Source of the DNA: Squalus acanthias
Lineage: Eukaryota
DNA length: 64,000 bases
Assembly: GCA_030390025.1 (NCBI GenBank)
Contig: JASTWF010000035.1
Span: forward strand, 806,001 to 870,000
Direction: 5' to 3'
Positions within the stretch are counted from its first letter, which is position 1. Each line of letters begins with the position of its first letter. Shown here piece by piece: positions 48,060 through 60,545 of the stretch. The notes beneath the pieces were generated by a model. It was given only the letters and a program-made list of their open reading frames with translations, was not told the origin of the DNA and ran no database searches. Both the position numbers and the translations under genes were made by a program.

Positions 48060-50007
48060 TGCGGATTGGAAGGTAGCAAATGTCACCCTGCTGTTCAAGA
48101 AAGGAGGGAGAGAGAAAACAGGGAACTACAGCCCAGTTAGCCTGACATCAGTAGTAGGGAAAATGCTGGAATCTATTATTAGGGACATGGTAACAGGGCA
48201 CTTAGAAAATAATAATAGGATTGGGTAGAGTCAACACGGATTTATGAAAGGGAAATCATGTTCGCCAAACCTGTTAGAGTTTTATATAAATCCAAGTTGT
48301 TGTATTTATATCAAACAACAAGTTTTGAGGATGTAACGAGCAGGGTAGATCAGGGGAAACCAGTGGATGTAGTATATTTGGATTTTCAAAAAGCATTTGA
48401 TAAGGTGCCACACAGGAGGTTGTTGCACAAGATTAGGGCTCATGGGGTTGGGGTAATAGGTTAGCATGGATTGAGGATTGGTTAACGGACAGAAAACAGA
48501 GAGTTGGGATAAATGGGTCACTTTGGGGTGACAGATTGTAACTAGTGGGGTGCCGCAAGGATCAGAGCTGGGGCCTCAGCTATTTACAATCTATATCAAT
48601 GGCTTAGATGAAGGGACCAAGTGTAATATATCCAAGTTTGCTGATAATATAAAGCTGGTGGGACAGTAATCAGCGACGCCCACATCCCAGAAACAAATTT
48701 TAAAAAGTTGTGAGGAGGATGCAAAGAGCCTGCAAAGGGATATGGACAGGTTAAGTGAGTGGACAATAAGGTGGCAGATGGAATATAATGTGGGGAAATG
48801 TGAGGTTATTCACTTTGGTAGGAAGAATAGAAAAACAGAATGGCCCAGAAATTCGGCTCCCTGGCTTCCCGCGGGTGCAAGGATCCCGCGTGCACCTACC
48901 TACTGCGCCTGCCGTTGACCTCTGGGCCCACGGGGACTTCAGCTCCTGGGCCTCCTGCAGCTGCCAGCGCGCAGTGCTTGCGTGTCCCAGGGGCGTAGTT
49001 AGTGCGATGCGTCCCCTGGGATCACGTGGGCCATGGAGAGCCAATGGCAGCAGACCATCTTTCATTCATAGATTTGACAGGAAGACCTCTCAAATCTATG
49101 AATTGAAATCGGCCCCAAAACAACACCTAAACTTCAAATAAATTTAAAAAAACCATCACATTTTTAAAATAACTATAAGTTAAATAAATTAACTACTTTA
49201 AACCAAAATTAAAATTTTTGAAAAAATTAAAATACTTTTTAACAGTGCTAAAAATAAACTTACTTTTCTTTAAAGTATCTAAAAAAGATAAAACTCTTGA
49301 AAAAAATTTTAAATTGTAATTAATTAACCACTTACCTTGTTAAAAACGGGTCTTGTGCCTCCTTTTTAAAAGTGCAGCTTCTTCAATACTTACCTTCCCG
49401 GAAAAACCGGAAAAAAAACCTAAGTTTGCTGCGTGCGCGCAGCCTCTACCGCGCACGCGGTTCACCTCTGAACCCCTCCATGCACGAGACCGGTAGTTCC
49501 GGTTTCCCGCACATGCGCAGTGCATGCAGGAAACCGGCACTTCAGGAGGCCTTACGGGTGAGTACACAGTGCGTACTCACCCGGCAAGTGCCGAATTTTT
49601 GGCCCAATATTTTTTAAAAGGTGAGAAACTATTAAATGTTGGTGTTCAGAGAGATTTAGGTGTCCTTGTACAGGAAACACAGAGAGTTAGCATGCAGGTA
49701 CAGCAAGCAATTAAGAAGGCAGATGGCATGTTGGTCTTTCTTGCAAGGGGATTGGAGCATAAGAGTAAGGAAGTCTTGCTACAATTGTACAGGGCCTTGG
49801 TGAGACCACACCTGGTGTACTGGGCACAGTTCTGGACTCCTTATCTAAGGAAGGATATACTTGCCTTGGAGACGGTGCAACGAAGGTTCACTAGATTGAT
49901 TCCTGGGATGAGAGGGCTGTCATATGATGAGAGATTGTGTAAAATGGGCCTATACTCTCTGGGGTTTAGAAGAAGAGGTGATCTCATTGAAACATACAAG
50001 ATTCTTA
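48060..50007 (+). mobile_element. CR1 ORF2, degenerate, interrupted by a MITE; continues at 52034-52480
   Basis: RT motifs present in several frames. Confidence 0.85.
48842..49605. mobile_element. Harbinger-type MITE related to 45696-46468, inverted
   Basis: TIR GGCCCAGAAATTCGG / CCGAATTTTTGGCCC; TSD AAT; shares the GAGTACGCACTGTGTACTC block. Confidence 0.85.
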
Positions 50008-50743
50008 GGGGGAGAAATTCATTTGGAGCGCTAACTTTTGAAATCTTGAAAAATTAGCGCCAGACGCTAATGATTGTGAGCTTCCAGTTTATTCTCTGTT
50101 AGCGCTCCAGGAAGGAAGTGGAGCTAAATCAAGCGCTACCACTTCCCTTGGAACACTAAAGCCGGCAGGAGGGGCAGTAGCGGTGCAGTGCTGCCCCAAT
50201 GTCGAGGGCAGCACTGCCGGGAACGAAGGCTCCTTCCCTCCTCTAAAGGGAAGGGCCATCACTGGAGGCTCTGCATTGAAACGAGGTCCCTCGTCACCGA
50301 CGGCAGCCGCGATCCGACACGATCAGCCCCAAGCACTCTAACAGAGCGCAGGGCTGATCGATCACGGCCGAAGAAAATGCTGACAAAATGGACGTAAGGC
50401 ATTAAGAACATTTCTTTTTCACGCAACCATCATCCTTTTTAAATCCCGCAGCTCAAGCGGCCGACCTCCCTGACAACGCCTCCTGCAGCTGTCGGGGTTA
50501 TCGCCCGGAGATGCTGCAGGGGGAGGAACTGAATTTCGGGTCTGGGGCGCTGCACAGCACGATGACGTCACGATCTCCGGGCGCAGGAGATCGTGGCGCT
50601 AGGGGTTACCGCCGCTGCAAACCTCAACGGGAATTTCGCGGGCGTCGGTACTCTAGCCGCGCCCGGTCGCAAAGCCGGTAGTGCCCCGATATCGTCCCCC
50701 AGAGGCGCTAATGGGAGGCGCAAAGGAGGCGAATTTCTAGCCC
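50008..50743. mobile_element. GC-rich Harbinger-type MITE
   Basis: Ends GGGGGAGAAATTC / GAATTTCTAGCCC; TTA on both sides once the solo LTR is removed. Confidence 0.7.
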
Positions 50744-50744
50744 T

Positions 50745-52029
50745 TGTAGGGTTCTCAAAATTCCCACATTCCCCAGAGTTATTAATGAGGGGTACCCTGG
50801 ACAAAGTGGCTTCTAGACCTCATGGCAGAAGCCTGCAACATTGAACAGAAACCAGGGCCCTGCAAAAACAGCAGGCCAGGTGACATGCCCAGGTCTGTAA
50901 GAGAGTTGCGAAATTCCCAGACCCCCAAAAGACTCGGAGGAAAAGAGAGAGACCCTAAGAAAAAGGAGCTTTGGGCATTTTAAAACCAATTGAGTGTATT
51001 GGACATGGGACATTTTAAAACATTTTTTAAACAGACCTCAGGGGCTGCCAAGGGAGGCGGGGCTGGCCTCTACAGACAGGTGGTCGACCCGTCTCCAGCC
51101 CCATCAAACTGTTTAGCATTTATACAAAGACGTACTCAACACAAATGAACAACCATCAGACCAGCAATCATCCTCCACTTAACAAATATTTAATATCGTT
51201 AAAGGCCATCTCCTGCCATTAAGGTTAACTACCTTAACGAGCCCACCAGAATTAAACAAAGCACTGGGAAGATTTGGCGGGCAAATAAGGAACAATCGAA
51301 GAGTATAACTTGAAACCCGTGCTGGAACAAGCCGGAGTTCTACAGAGACGAGTTCTACAAGCCGGAGTTCTACAGAGACCTGTGCTGGAAGAAACGGGAG
51401 TTCTACAGAGAGGAGTTCCACAGGGACGAGCAGTTTTGCAGCCTAGCAGTTTAAAACAAGCTGTCCAAGCCACACAGAGAGGCCACAAGCAGGACAGCTG
51501 AAGCACAGGAGTTCTCCAGTACACAGTTCAACAGAAAACAAGACCGTTCAATGAAGAAGGCCAGCAGCTCCAGAAACAGACCGACACGCAAGAAACCAGA
51601 GCAACGGTTCCAGTGACCATCAAACACCTCGAGGCACAAGGGCCTTATGAAACTTTCACTTAAAAGGACTTGAAACCATATCTCAACTGTCAAAGGATTC
51701 GTTTGGTGAGCATTATCCCTGGTCCTCAAGAGTCTAACTTAGCTAGTAAAGTGGGGTTGGGAGGGGTGAGGTATTGTTCTCCTGTCATTTCCCTCATTTG
51801 TACCGAAGTTAAGATTGACATGTTATGTTTCATCTCTGTTAAATAAACATTGGTTTTCCTCGCACCAATCCACGGGTCTGTTCGTTTTGTCCTCATCGCC
51901 GCTCGATAAGTCCTGGGCTCAGAACTAGGAAGGGGATAGCGATTCGCAACCGCACAGCGGGCAGCACAGTCCAGGAAAACATAACTGGCTGAGCCTACAA
52001 ATAAGCCCGAGACAAAAAACCCCCTTACA
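50745..52029 (+). mobile_element. Solo LTR (1285 bp) related to the LTRs of elements A and B
   Basis: TGTAGGG...CCCTTACA ends; 4-bp TSD CCCT; AATAAA at ~51842; sequence blocks shared with the element A LTR. Confidence 0.85.
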
Positions 52030-52889
52030 CCCTTAGAATGAGGGGGCATGGTCTCAGAATAAGGGGTCGGACATTTAGGATTCAGATGAGGAGAAATTTG
52101 TTCAGTCAGAGAGTGGTGAATCTTTGGAATTCTCTACCCCAGAGGGCTGTGGATGCTCAGTCGTTGAGTATATTCATATTGAGTATATTTGGATTTTCAG
52201 AAGGCCTTTGATAAAGTCCCACATAAGAGGTTAGTGTGCAAAATTAAAGCACATGGGATTGGAGGTAATATATACAGGCATGGATTGAAAATTGGTTAAC
52301 AGACAGGAAACAGAGAGTAGGAATAAATGGGTCTTTTTCGGGGTGGCAGGCGGTGACTAGTGGGGTACCGCAGGATCAGTGCTTGGGGCCCAGCTATTCA
52401 CAATATATATCAATGATTTGGATGAGGGAAGCAAATGTAATATTTCCAAGTTTGCTGATGACACAAAACTAGGTGGGATTTGTGGAAGTGTATTTTTGTC
52501 TCGGACACAAAATGTCTTCCTAGACACTACGGGGGAAAAATTAGGTCGCGCCCCATTTGGGGCGCAAATAGCGTCTGGACGCAAATATTAGCGCCTGCCG
52601 CTAATTATCGCCACTGACTGGAAACTTCACTTTTACCGCCCCGGGAGGTGAGTGGAGCGCTAAATCAGGCGCTGCACACCTGTCTTAAGGCGCAAAGGCC
52701 GAGCAGTGAGGCGCTAACTCAGCGCGCGAGCACAGCGCAGCTGCTGCCACTTAGCGAGGGAACACAGACACACTGGCGCCGGCCACTTCTTAAAGCAGGG
52801 GGGGCCAACTTGCTCCCCACCCACACCCTGCTCATTGCAGCCTTGAATCTCGGCCTGGAGAGACCTGTGAATCCATTTTGCTGCCAAGG

Positions 52890-54927
52890 ATGGAGAGGGT
52901 GAGAGAACGAGCTCATCGCTTCACCGAGCGGGCCTTGGATGCTCTGGTTGACGCAGTGGAGCGCAGACGATGTATGCTCTTCCCTGAGAGTGGCAGGAGG
53001 CCTTTGCCACGCGACTACAGAAGAGTGTGGAGGGAGGTGGCTCAGAGCGTCTCCTCCAGGAGCATGGTGCCCAGGACCCATACTCAATGCCGCAAAAAGT
53101 TCAACGACCTCACTCGGGTCGTCAGGGTGAGTGGCTTTTTCTCAATACCTCTCCATCCCCCCATCTCAACCTCACTCTATGGCCAGAGGGTCTTAAAACC
53201 CCAATGCACAACACTCATCCAACACCTATGGCCCTGTCATGAAACACACACACACATTCCACACTTTGCATACAGTAAGGGCTATTCACCTATGGGAGGC
53301 ACATCAGGCAAGACCATGGCTGCATACAGTAAGGGCTATTCACCTATGGGAGGCACATCAGGCAAGACCATGGCTGCATACAGTAAGGGCTATTCACCTA
53401 TGGGAGGCACATCAGGCAAGACCATGGCTGCATACAGTAAGGGCTATTCACCTATGGGAGGCACATCAGGCAAGACCATGGCTGCATACAGTAAGGGCTA
53501 TTCACCTATGGGAGGCACATCAGGCAAGACCATGGCTGCATACAGGAAGGGCTATTCACCTATGGGAGGCACATCAGGCAAGACCATGGCTGTATATTTA
53601 CTCAGATGCTGTCCTTTTTCTTGCAGGCCAAGCTGGCGCATAATCGGAGACAGCAGCAACGGACAGGTGGAGGGCGGCCTCAGCTGCAACCCCTCAGCGA
53701 TCTTGAGGAGCGCGTCCACAGGATTGTGGCAAGCCGGGTGATCGGTCCCGTCGCCACTGGAGACGCCGACCCCGTTCTGGACAGCAATGGTAAGGTCATC
53801 ACCTTTTTGTCCTCTGTCCTTCCACTTGTCCCTCACAACACCAGCCTTTGACACTTTCAATCCAACTTGCTAACTCGCTGCACTTATTCCTCCCTTACTG
53901 CCACCCTGTCCTCACGCTAAAGCCACTCTTGTACCTCCCTGCTTTCAGATGGTGATTCACCAGCTGAGGAGACGGGCCCTGAAGCTGCCAGTGGGAGTGA
54001 AGCTGCAGCCGAGGAGGAAGAGGAAGCCAGAGCATCAGTGCCACCCTCTCCCGAGGAAGCCCATGCCCACACTGGGAACACGCCTTCCCTGGAGGGGAGC
54101 AGGAGGGAAGGGTCTGATGAGGGTGAAGCTCCAGGACCCAGCGGGCTGCAGCAACGCCATGGGGGTAGGGAAGAACGGGGGGCCTTCTCCCCAGAGGGAG
54201 AGTATGCCAGACACTCCTACTGCAATGGACGCAGAGGAGGAGCGGCTGATTGCAGAAATGAACACCCAGGCGGTGGGCATGCACACTGAGCTCATGGGTG
54301 CAGTGGGAAGGGTGCCCGAATGCATTGAGTCACTGGCAAGGAGTGTGGAGCACTTCGCTGTAGCACAGGCGGATGCCACACTAACGCTTAGTGCTGCAAT
54401 TCAGTCACTGGCTGCCGTGATCCCATCTCTGACTGCTCTCATACAGACTCAGATGGAGGCCACGCGAGCACAGACTGCTGCCAACCTCGATGGTTCGTGC
54501 GCATGTCCCCGGGGCTGTCACCGCGCCGCAGCAGGCCAGCAATCTGTTCTCCAGCAGATTGCTCCGGATGCTGAAGTGCTGTCCCGTGGGAGTGCCAGTG
54601 TGTCGGGCGAGCAGGGAGTTGCTGTCCTCTCTCACGATGACAGCATTCCTGCTGCCAACACTGTCACTTCTCCACTGCACTTGCCACTGCCTGTAGGACA
54701 GACTGCTGCCGCCCATGCAGAGTTGGTGCAGTCTGCAGCCGGGCCCTCCAGGCCCAGAACTGGTCGAGGCCGTCCTTCAGGGGCATCTGCAGTGTCAGGG
54801 TCTGACGAGCAGCAGCCTTCCACCAGCCTTGCTGCAGCCACTGAGGTCCCATTACGGAGGAGCAGTAGGGTTAGAAGGGGGGAAGTGCGCAAGGGAAGGA
54901 GATCCCCCCCCGAAGGGCAAAAAGTAG
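52890..54927 (+). pseudogene. Harbinger Myb/SANT gene with frameshifts in exon 3
   Basis: An extra G near 54180 shifts the frame relative to copies 1 and 2. Confidence 0.8.
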
Positions 54928-55239
54928 GAGGTGTGACAAAATGCTGGTCATTTTTTTATTAAAGGTCGAGGTTCATGGTCCAACTTTTGTTTAGTGTTTT
55001 GGACATTATCTCCAGGTTGTGAGAACCAGTTATGTTATTGACTGTTTTTTTGTGTTTATTTCTATGAGTTTGTCATGAGGAATTGACACACACAGAGTTT
55101 GTAAAATAAATAAGTTTCTGTATTCAAAATATACATGGTTGGTGTTTGGAATTATTGGTGCCTTGGCCGGCTTAGGGGTTGTGTGCTGGGTTCATTGATG
55201 TTGTTAGCAATGGCAGAAGCCATTTCCACAGCAGGGGCC

Positions 55240-56333
55240 CTAGAAGCGGCTTGCTATCGGCCGTTGACGGACGGCCCTTGCAGTTTCACCATTGTGGGCC
55301 GCCCTCCCGCCTTGGTGCTGCTGATGATCATCCTCCTCGTCCTCCTCCTCCTCTTCCTCCTCCTCCTCTGGTGGTGCTCCAAGTTGGATACTTGCTCAGG
55401 CGAGTACTGCAGGGCTCCTCCAGAATGGTCGAGACAGCGGAACCGTTGCTTCAGCACGCCGATTGTGCGCTCAATTATGTTCCTGGTAGCTTGATGGCTC
55501 TCATTGTACCGCAGCTCAGCAGGGGTGTTGGGCGTACGGAGTGGTGTCATCAGCCAGGTGCTCAATGCATACCCCTTGTCCCCGAGAAGCCAACCAACTG
55601 GCTGATGCGGTGCCTCGAAAACTTCTGCCACAGTAGTCTGGCGCAGGATAAAAGCATCGTGGCAGCTGCCAGGATAGTGGGCATTGACAGCGAGTATCAG
55701 CTGTCTGTGGTCACAGACCAACTGAACATTCAAGGAATGGAACCCCTTTCTGTTCCGGAATTCCTCGGCATTCTCATGCGGAGCACGCAAAGCCACATGC
55801 GTGCAGTCAATGGCGCCCTGCACCATGGGGAAGCCCGCTACCCTCGCAAAGCCCAGAGCGCGGTCACGCTGCTTGTCTGGGGTCATGGGGAAAGAGATGA
55901 ACTCTCGTCTCCTTTTAAAGAGGGCATTTGTGACCTGCCGGATGCAGCAATGCACCGCGAACTGGGAGATATTGGCGAGGTCCCCAGCAGCAGCTTGAAA
56001 TGAGCCAGTAACGTAGAAGTTGAGAGCCACTGTGACCTTCACTGCCACCGACAGAGACGTCCTGGACCTCAGTTGAGGCTGCAGATCTGGCTGCAGCAGG
56101 TGGCAGAGCTCAGTGACCACCTCCTTGCTGAATCGCAGCCTTCGCAAACACAGCTCCTCAGACATATGAAGGTAGGAGAGCTGTTCACGATAGACCCTGG
56201 GAGGGTAAGCTCTCCTGTACATACGCCTGTTGGCCCTCCTCCGTCTGGCCATCATTGCCACTCTCTCTCTGCGTCTCTGTGTCCTCCGATTCAGCTGGAG
56301 CAGGACGACGCCCCCAATCAGTGCAGCCCCCAT
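55240..56333 (-). pseudogene. Harbinger transposase with a ~67-bp frameshifting deletion near 55383
   Basis: The FVVVCCMLHN segment is missing; AAG microhomology at the junction compared with copy 1. Confidence 0.85.
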
Positions 56334-57340
56334 AGTTTCTTTGCAAGCAAAGTAATGAAGGACAGCAACTAAAGTACTAGCGAAGTTAGGATCAGTAGGC
56401 AAAACTACCTCACAAAGCGTTGAGTCAATGCAGAAGTCTCTCTTTCTCTCTCTCCGAATCTCTCTCTCTCTCTCAGAACGAGTGGTGCAAAAATGTCCAC
56501 CACAGAAAAAGACAGGAAGAGGCCCCCTTTAAATAGCGCCCCCCCCAGCCCCACAGCGATTGATAGCGTTCCAGTCTTCCGGTCGTTGGATGCGCCAGGC
56601 GGTAAGGCAGGGGGCGCCACTCAATTTCCGCTCCGGGGCGCCACAAGGGCGTTGCACCATGGAATGACGTCACAATCTGCGCGCGCAGGTGGTCGCAGCA
56701 GTAAAGTTTAGCGCCGCCGCACAATCTCTAGTTAAGTTCCCGAGCGGCGCAAACATCGCTGCGCCCGGGCGTTAGCGGCTTTGCGCCCCCATTAGCGCCC
56801 TCTTAAGGCGCTAACGGGAGATGCAATCAACTGAATTTTTACCCCAAAGACTGATACAAAATGGCCGACTCTGACTTGTTTGTAAAGTTGTTTATGACTT
56901 CTCATGGAGATGAATTTAAACTTTGCAGACTATGTTGTTTTCATAGTCTGCTAGTACAGAAAAAAAAGGGCTTCTTCTAATCAACTTGAGATAACCAAGG
57001 ACTAGTGAAGTAAACAGTCAGATGGCTTGGCCTTGGTGGGAGAAGAAGAACAGATAGACAGACTCCATGACTGTAGAGATTAGCTAGTCTCATCGTAAGG
57101 CATTTCTATATTTTTTTAACTTTTAACTTAGCTTGCCTTAAACAACATGTCATGTGATATGGAAAGCTTGTATTTTCAGTGTATAAGGATGTTCCATTTT
57201 CTGTGATTTCTCAGAGTGTCATCGTAGCCATTGACTGCGGTGCATTCTCCTTGCAAGCAAGTAAATAATAAAGCCTGTCTTTGACAATACTTTATGTTTC
57301 AAGAGTCTTACTCGGAAGTCGAAACTTCGACAGTATTTCT

Positions 57341-57358
57341 TAGAGGTTCCACCGAGAT
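57341..57358 (+). promoter_or_regulatory. Primer-binding site, tRNA-Gln type (TAGAGGTTCCACCGAGAT)
   Basis: One mismatch from the known PBS-Gln TGGAGGTTCCACCGAGAT. Confidence 0.8.
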
Positions 57359-58079
57359 CGCTTGCTACCTTTCGGTAAGTCACGGACAAAAGACACCACG
57401 AATTTCTAGTGACAAATCCTGAATGGCCACAGTGATGTTTTATCACATAAAAAGGATTTCTCATTAGATACTGAATTGGTGTAGTCTGTTTCTTCTGACA
57501 GGAGTACTGCGATCAGTTAAGACTCATGTTTTAGATTTGAGTTGAATCTTGTAACTTTTGCGTCTTTTATTTTAACATTAAAAGGAGGAGGATTCTGACG
57601 GCTCAAGGCTAAAAACTATCGGGCAAAGGAGGCAAGGGAAAAGTCGGCAGGGTTGTGTCCCGGACTGATAAAGGTACCAGGTTGTGAGAAAGCGCTAAAA
57701 GATTAAAACTGCAGTATCAAGGGTGGGTCCCTTGAGCCGTGAAAAGAAAAAAAAAGAATCTCGCGGCAGAAAGGTTTAGATAAGAAACCTTCGTATAGCG
57801 TATAAGTTAAATGTTAAGGACTCAGTTTGTAGTGGAGTACAACGCAAACTGAGAATTTACTATTTGTTTAGTTTAAAGTATGAGGTTAAATGTTTGATTA
57901 CTTGATTTTTTTGCCTGTTTGGGCTTTTGCATTACTTATAATTGTCTTGATTGTTGTTAGTTCTTGTTATTGTTGATCGCTTGTAGAACTTTGGATGGTC
58001 AGAACTAATCGTAAGGGGGTAAAGGGTGAAACTTACAATTTAGAAGAAGTGTGCCTAGTATAATTAAAACTTTACTAAG

Positions 58080-58909
58080 ATGGGAGCTTCACAGAGTAAG
58101 ATCCCAGAAAAAGGAACTCCAGCTTTTTACATCTTCCAGAACTGTGGTCGGACATCCACAAGGGATTTGTCTGATTGGTCTAAATGGACCAAGAATGACA
58201 AACACCCGTTCCCTATTGATGGAACCTTTAACCTAGACAGAATTACATGTCTAGAGGACTGTCTCGCAAATAGAGACCCACAAAGAAAAGGTAAAAAGTC
58301 AGTAAATTGGTCAGCCTTTTCAGACTGGAAAAAGGAAGCAGAAAGGCGTAGTATACAAGCCAGTAGATCTGACATTAAAAATAAGAGAAAAGACCCCGTG
58401 AGTAAATTGGCTAAACAAGATGAAGTTAGACAAATGACTTTAAGAATAGAAGCAATTATGGGGCAGCATTCTGGAATGACCAAAGAAAATTACCAGATTC
58501 CTTTAATCAATGCCCTCGTAAATGGTCTCAGAACAGAACTTAAAGAACCACTGACTTTAGTCTGCCTAGATTGGAGACATAAAACAACTCCTGAATTGAC
58601 ACAAATTCTGAAAGGAATTCAGGAGAGAAATAGGGACCAAAAGAATAAATGGAGCAAGCAGCTTCCGCAACCCCGACTGCCCAGAATAACATTTATTATC
58701 AAGGTCAGATCGGACACTGGAAGGCTAACTGCCCGTTCCCCAAGCAGCAACATCAAGGCTGGGGAGGTGCACCAAACAATGTAAATACCCAAGCCCAGGC
58801 TTACACTCGTCCACAGGCAGGTTTTACAACGGGGAACCCTTGGAGAGGTCAAAATATGGAAGGACAAATTGGATCCCTCCCGCCCCCAGAGCAAAATTAT
58901 TCAGCGTGA
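58080..58909 (+). pseudogene. gag: Class I (gamma/epsilon-like) gag, internally deleted and frameshifted
   Basis: Myristoylation-type start MGASQSK; matrix motif W..WT...FPIDGTF; degenerate knuckle QIGHWKANCP. Confidence 0.8.
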
Positions 58910-59300
58910 CGCAAAGGCACAGCCCCAAATGTTACCCACATACTTCAATTACCTTCAGTATCAGTAAATTCTAGAGATGAGCCATATTTATCCATAGAAA
59001 TGCAGGGCAAGAGAGTTCCTTTTCTCGTTGACACAGGTGCCACAAGCTCACTATTAACAAAGCAATATGCTAGAGGAACCCCATGTACAGAAAAGAATGT
59101 CACATGTGTAGGACTTTCCTGGCATCTCACAGACTATGACATGGTCACAGCCATTAGCAATACAAGCAGACAATTTCTCTGGCCAACATGCCTTTCTCCT
59201 ATCAGACCTTTTAGGGAGAGATTTGCTATGCAAAATGCAGGCAACAATAATTTGTTCAGAAAAGGGACTACAGGTGTATGTAGAAGGAAAAAGATCTAAT
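58910..59300 (+). pseudogene. pro: Retroviral protease remnant, in frame after the gag TGA
   Basis: VPFLVDTGATSSLL and LLGRDLLCK motifs. Confidence 0.85.
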
Positions 59301-60009
59301 TTACCGACATTGAAATCTGAAACTCAGCAAAAAAAAAGGATTTGGAAAGCCAGGAAAAGCTGCTGAGACGCTTATGTAAAAAAAAAGAGAGAAATTTTAA
59401 AGTTTTATCGACATGGAAGTTATTAATGTCTGTGCCGAGACAAATAAAATCCAAGATTTGCTGAGTGAAAGGAATCTTAAAAGGAATACTGAGATCTCAG
59501 TTTGTGTGAAAGTGTGTGTTGAAAGAGTGAAAGTTTTCCTGACTGTGAATGTTTAAGTTTGTTAAGTTACAGTATTTATTTTGTCTGAAAATCTGTCTAA
59601 AAAAAAGGTGTCTGTCATTTTTGTTTTTTTGTTTTAGCTCCACCCACTCTTTTGTACAGAGAGCTAAAAGCTGTTTAACCCTTTGAAGACTTGTCTTGAA
59701 GGATAGTCAAGCGTGTGTTGTTTTAAGTTTGTTAATTGTTTTACAAAAGATAAGCTTCAGCCTTGAAGTCACAGTTGCCAATGTGCCTGGAAAGAAAATG
59801 AATTTGAATGTTTACAGGGCATGGGTAATTGTTTCTTTGTTAATGTGACTATGGTGTCTTTCTTTTCCAAGTGATACTGGTTAGTTTAAAAAAAATTGAT
59901 CTGGATTGAATTGGAGTTATTGAGGTTAATTAACCTATTAAAACCAGACTTTCATTGTGCACGGTGAAATTCTGGTTGGTGTAAATTTGTGTAGACCGCA
60001 TTGAATAAG

Positions 60010-60545
60010 ATATTTAATGATCTGAAACCAGACTTTGAAATATTTACAGTCTTGGATACAGAACGGGTTCTGGTCCATACCATTGGCAGAGGAATCACAA
60101 GGGGAAATTCGCCTTTACTGTCAGGGATAGACAGTATACATGAGCCAGGGTCCCGCAGGGGTTCCACAATAGTCCAAATATATTCCACCATGTACTGAGT
60201 CAAGCCTTAGACGAGTTAGACCTATCAAAGTATCAGAGTGCCCTACTCCAATATATCGATGACATAATGATTGCATCAGAGGGTGCCAAAGGAAAGCTGG
60301 CTTTAAATTGAACCCAAAAATAAAGGTACAGGTTGGACTGTCCAAAGTAAAGTATCTAGGACACGAAATTAACCAGAGGTATAAGGCACTCCTTCAGAAA
60401 TAAAAGGCAGCCATAAAAGACATGCCAAGGCCAGAGACCGTCAGGGGAGTGAGGAAAATGTTGGGACTATTTAACTACTGCAGGAATTTTATAATCAGAC
60501 TTTGCAGGGAAAGCAGAGCCGATTCAACGGTTAGTTAAAGAGGGA
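60010..60545 (+). pseudogene. pol: Reverse transcriptase remnant
   Basis: Manual translation across frameshifts: FTVLD..NGFWSIPLAEESQ..FAFT...QYT*ARVPQGFHNSPNIFH...LLQYIDDIMIAS...VKYLGHEI...MLGLFNYCRNFI. Confidence 0.8.

Larger units (their letters stand above)
52531..56845. mobile_element. Harbinger transposon copy 3, defective
   Basis: TIRs GGGGGAAAAATT / AATTTTTACCCC; flanks TAC and AAA do not match. Confidence 0.92.
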
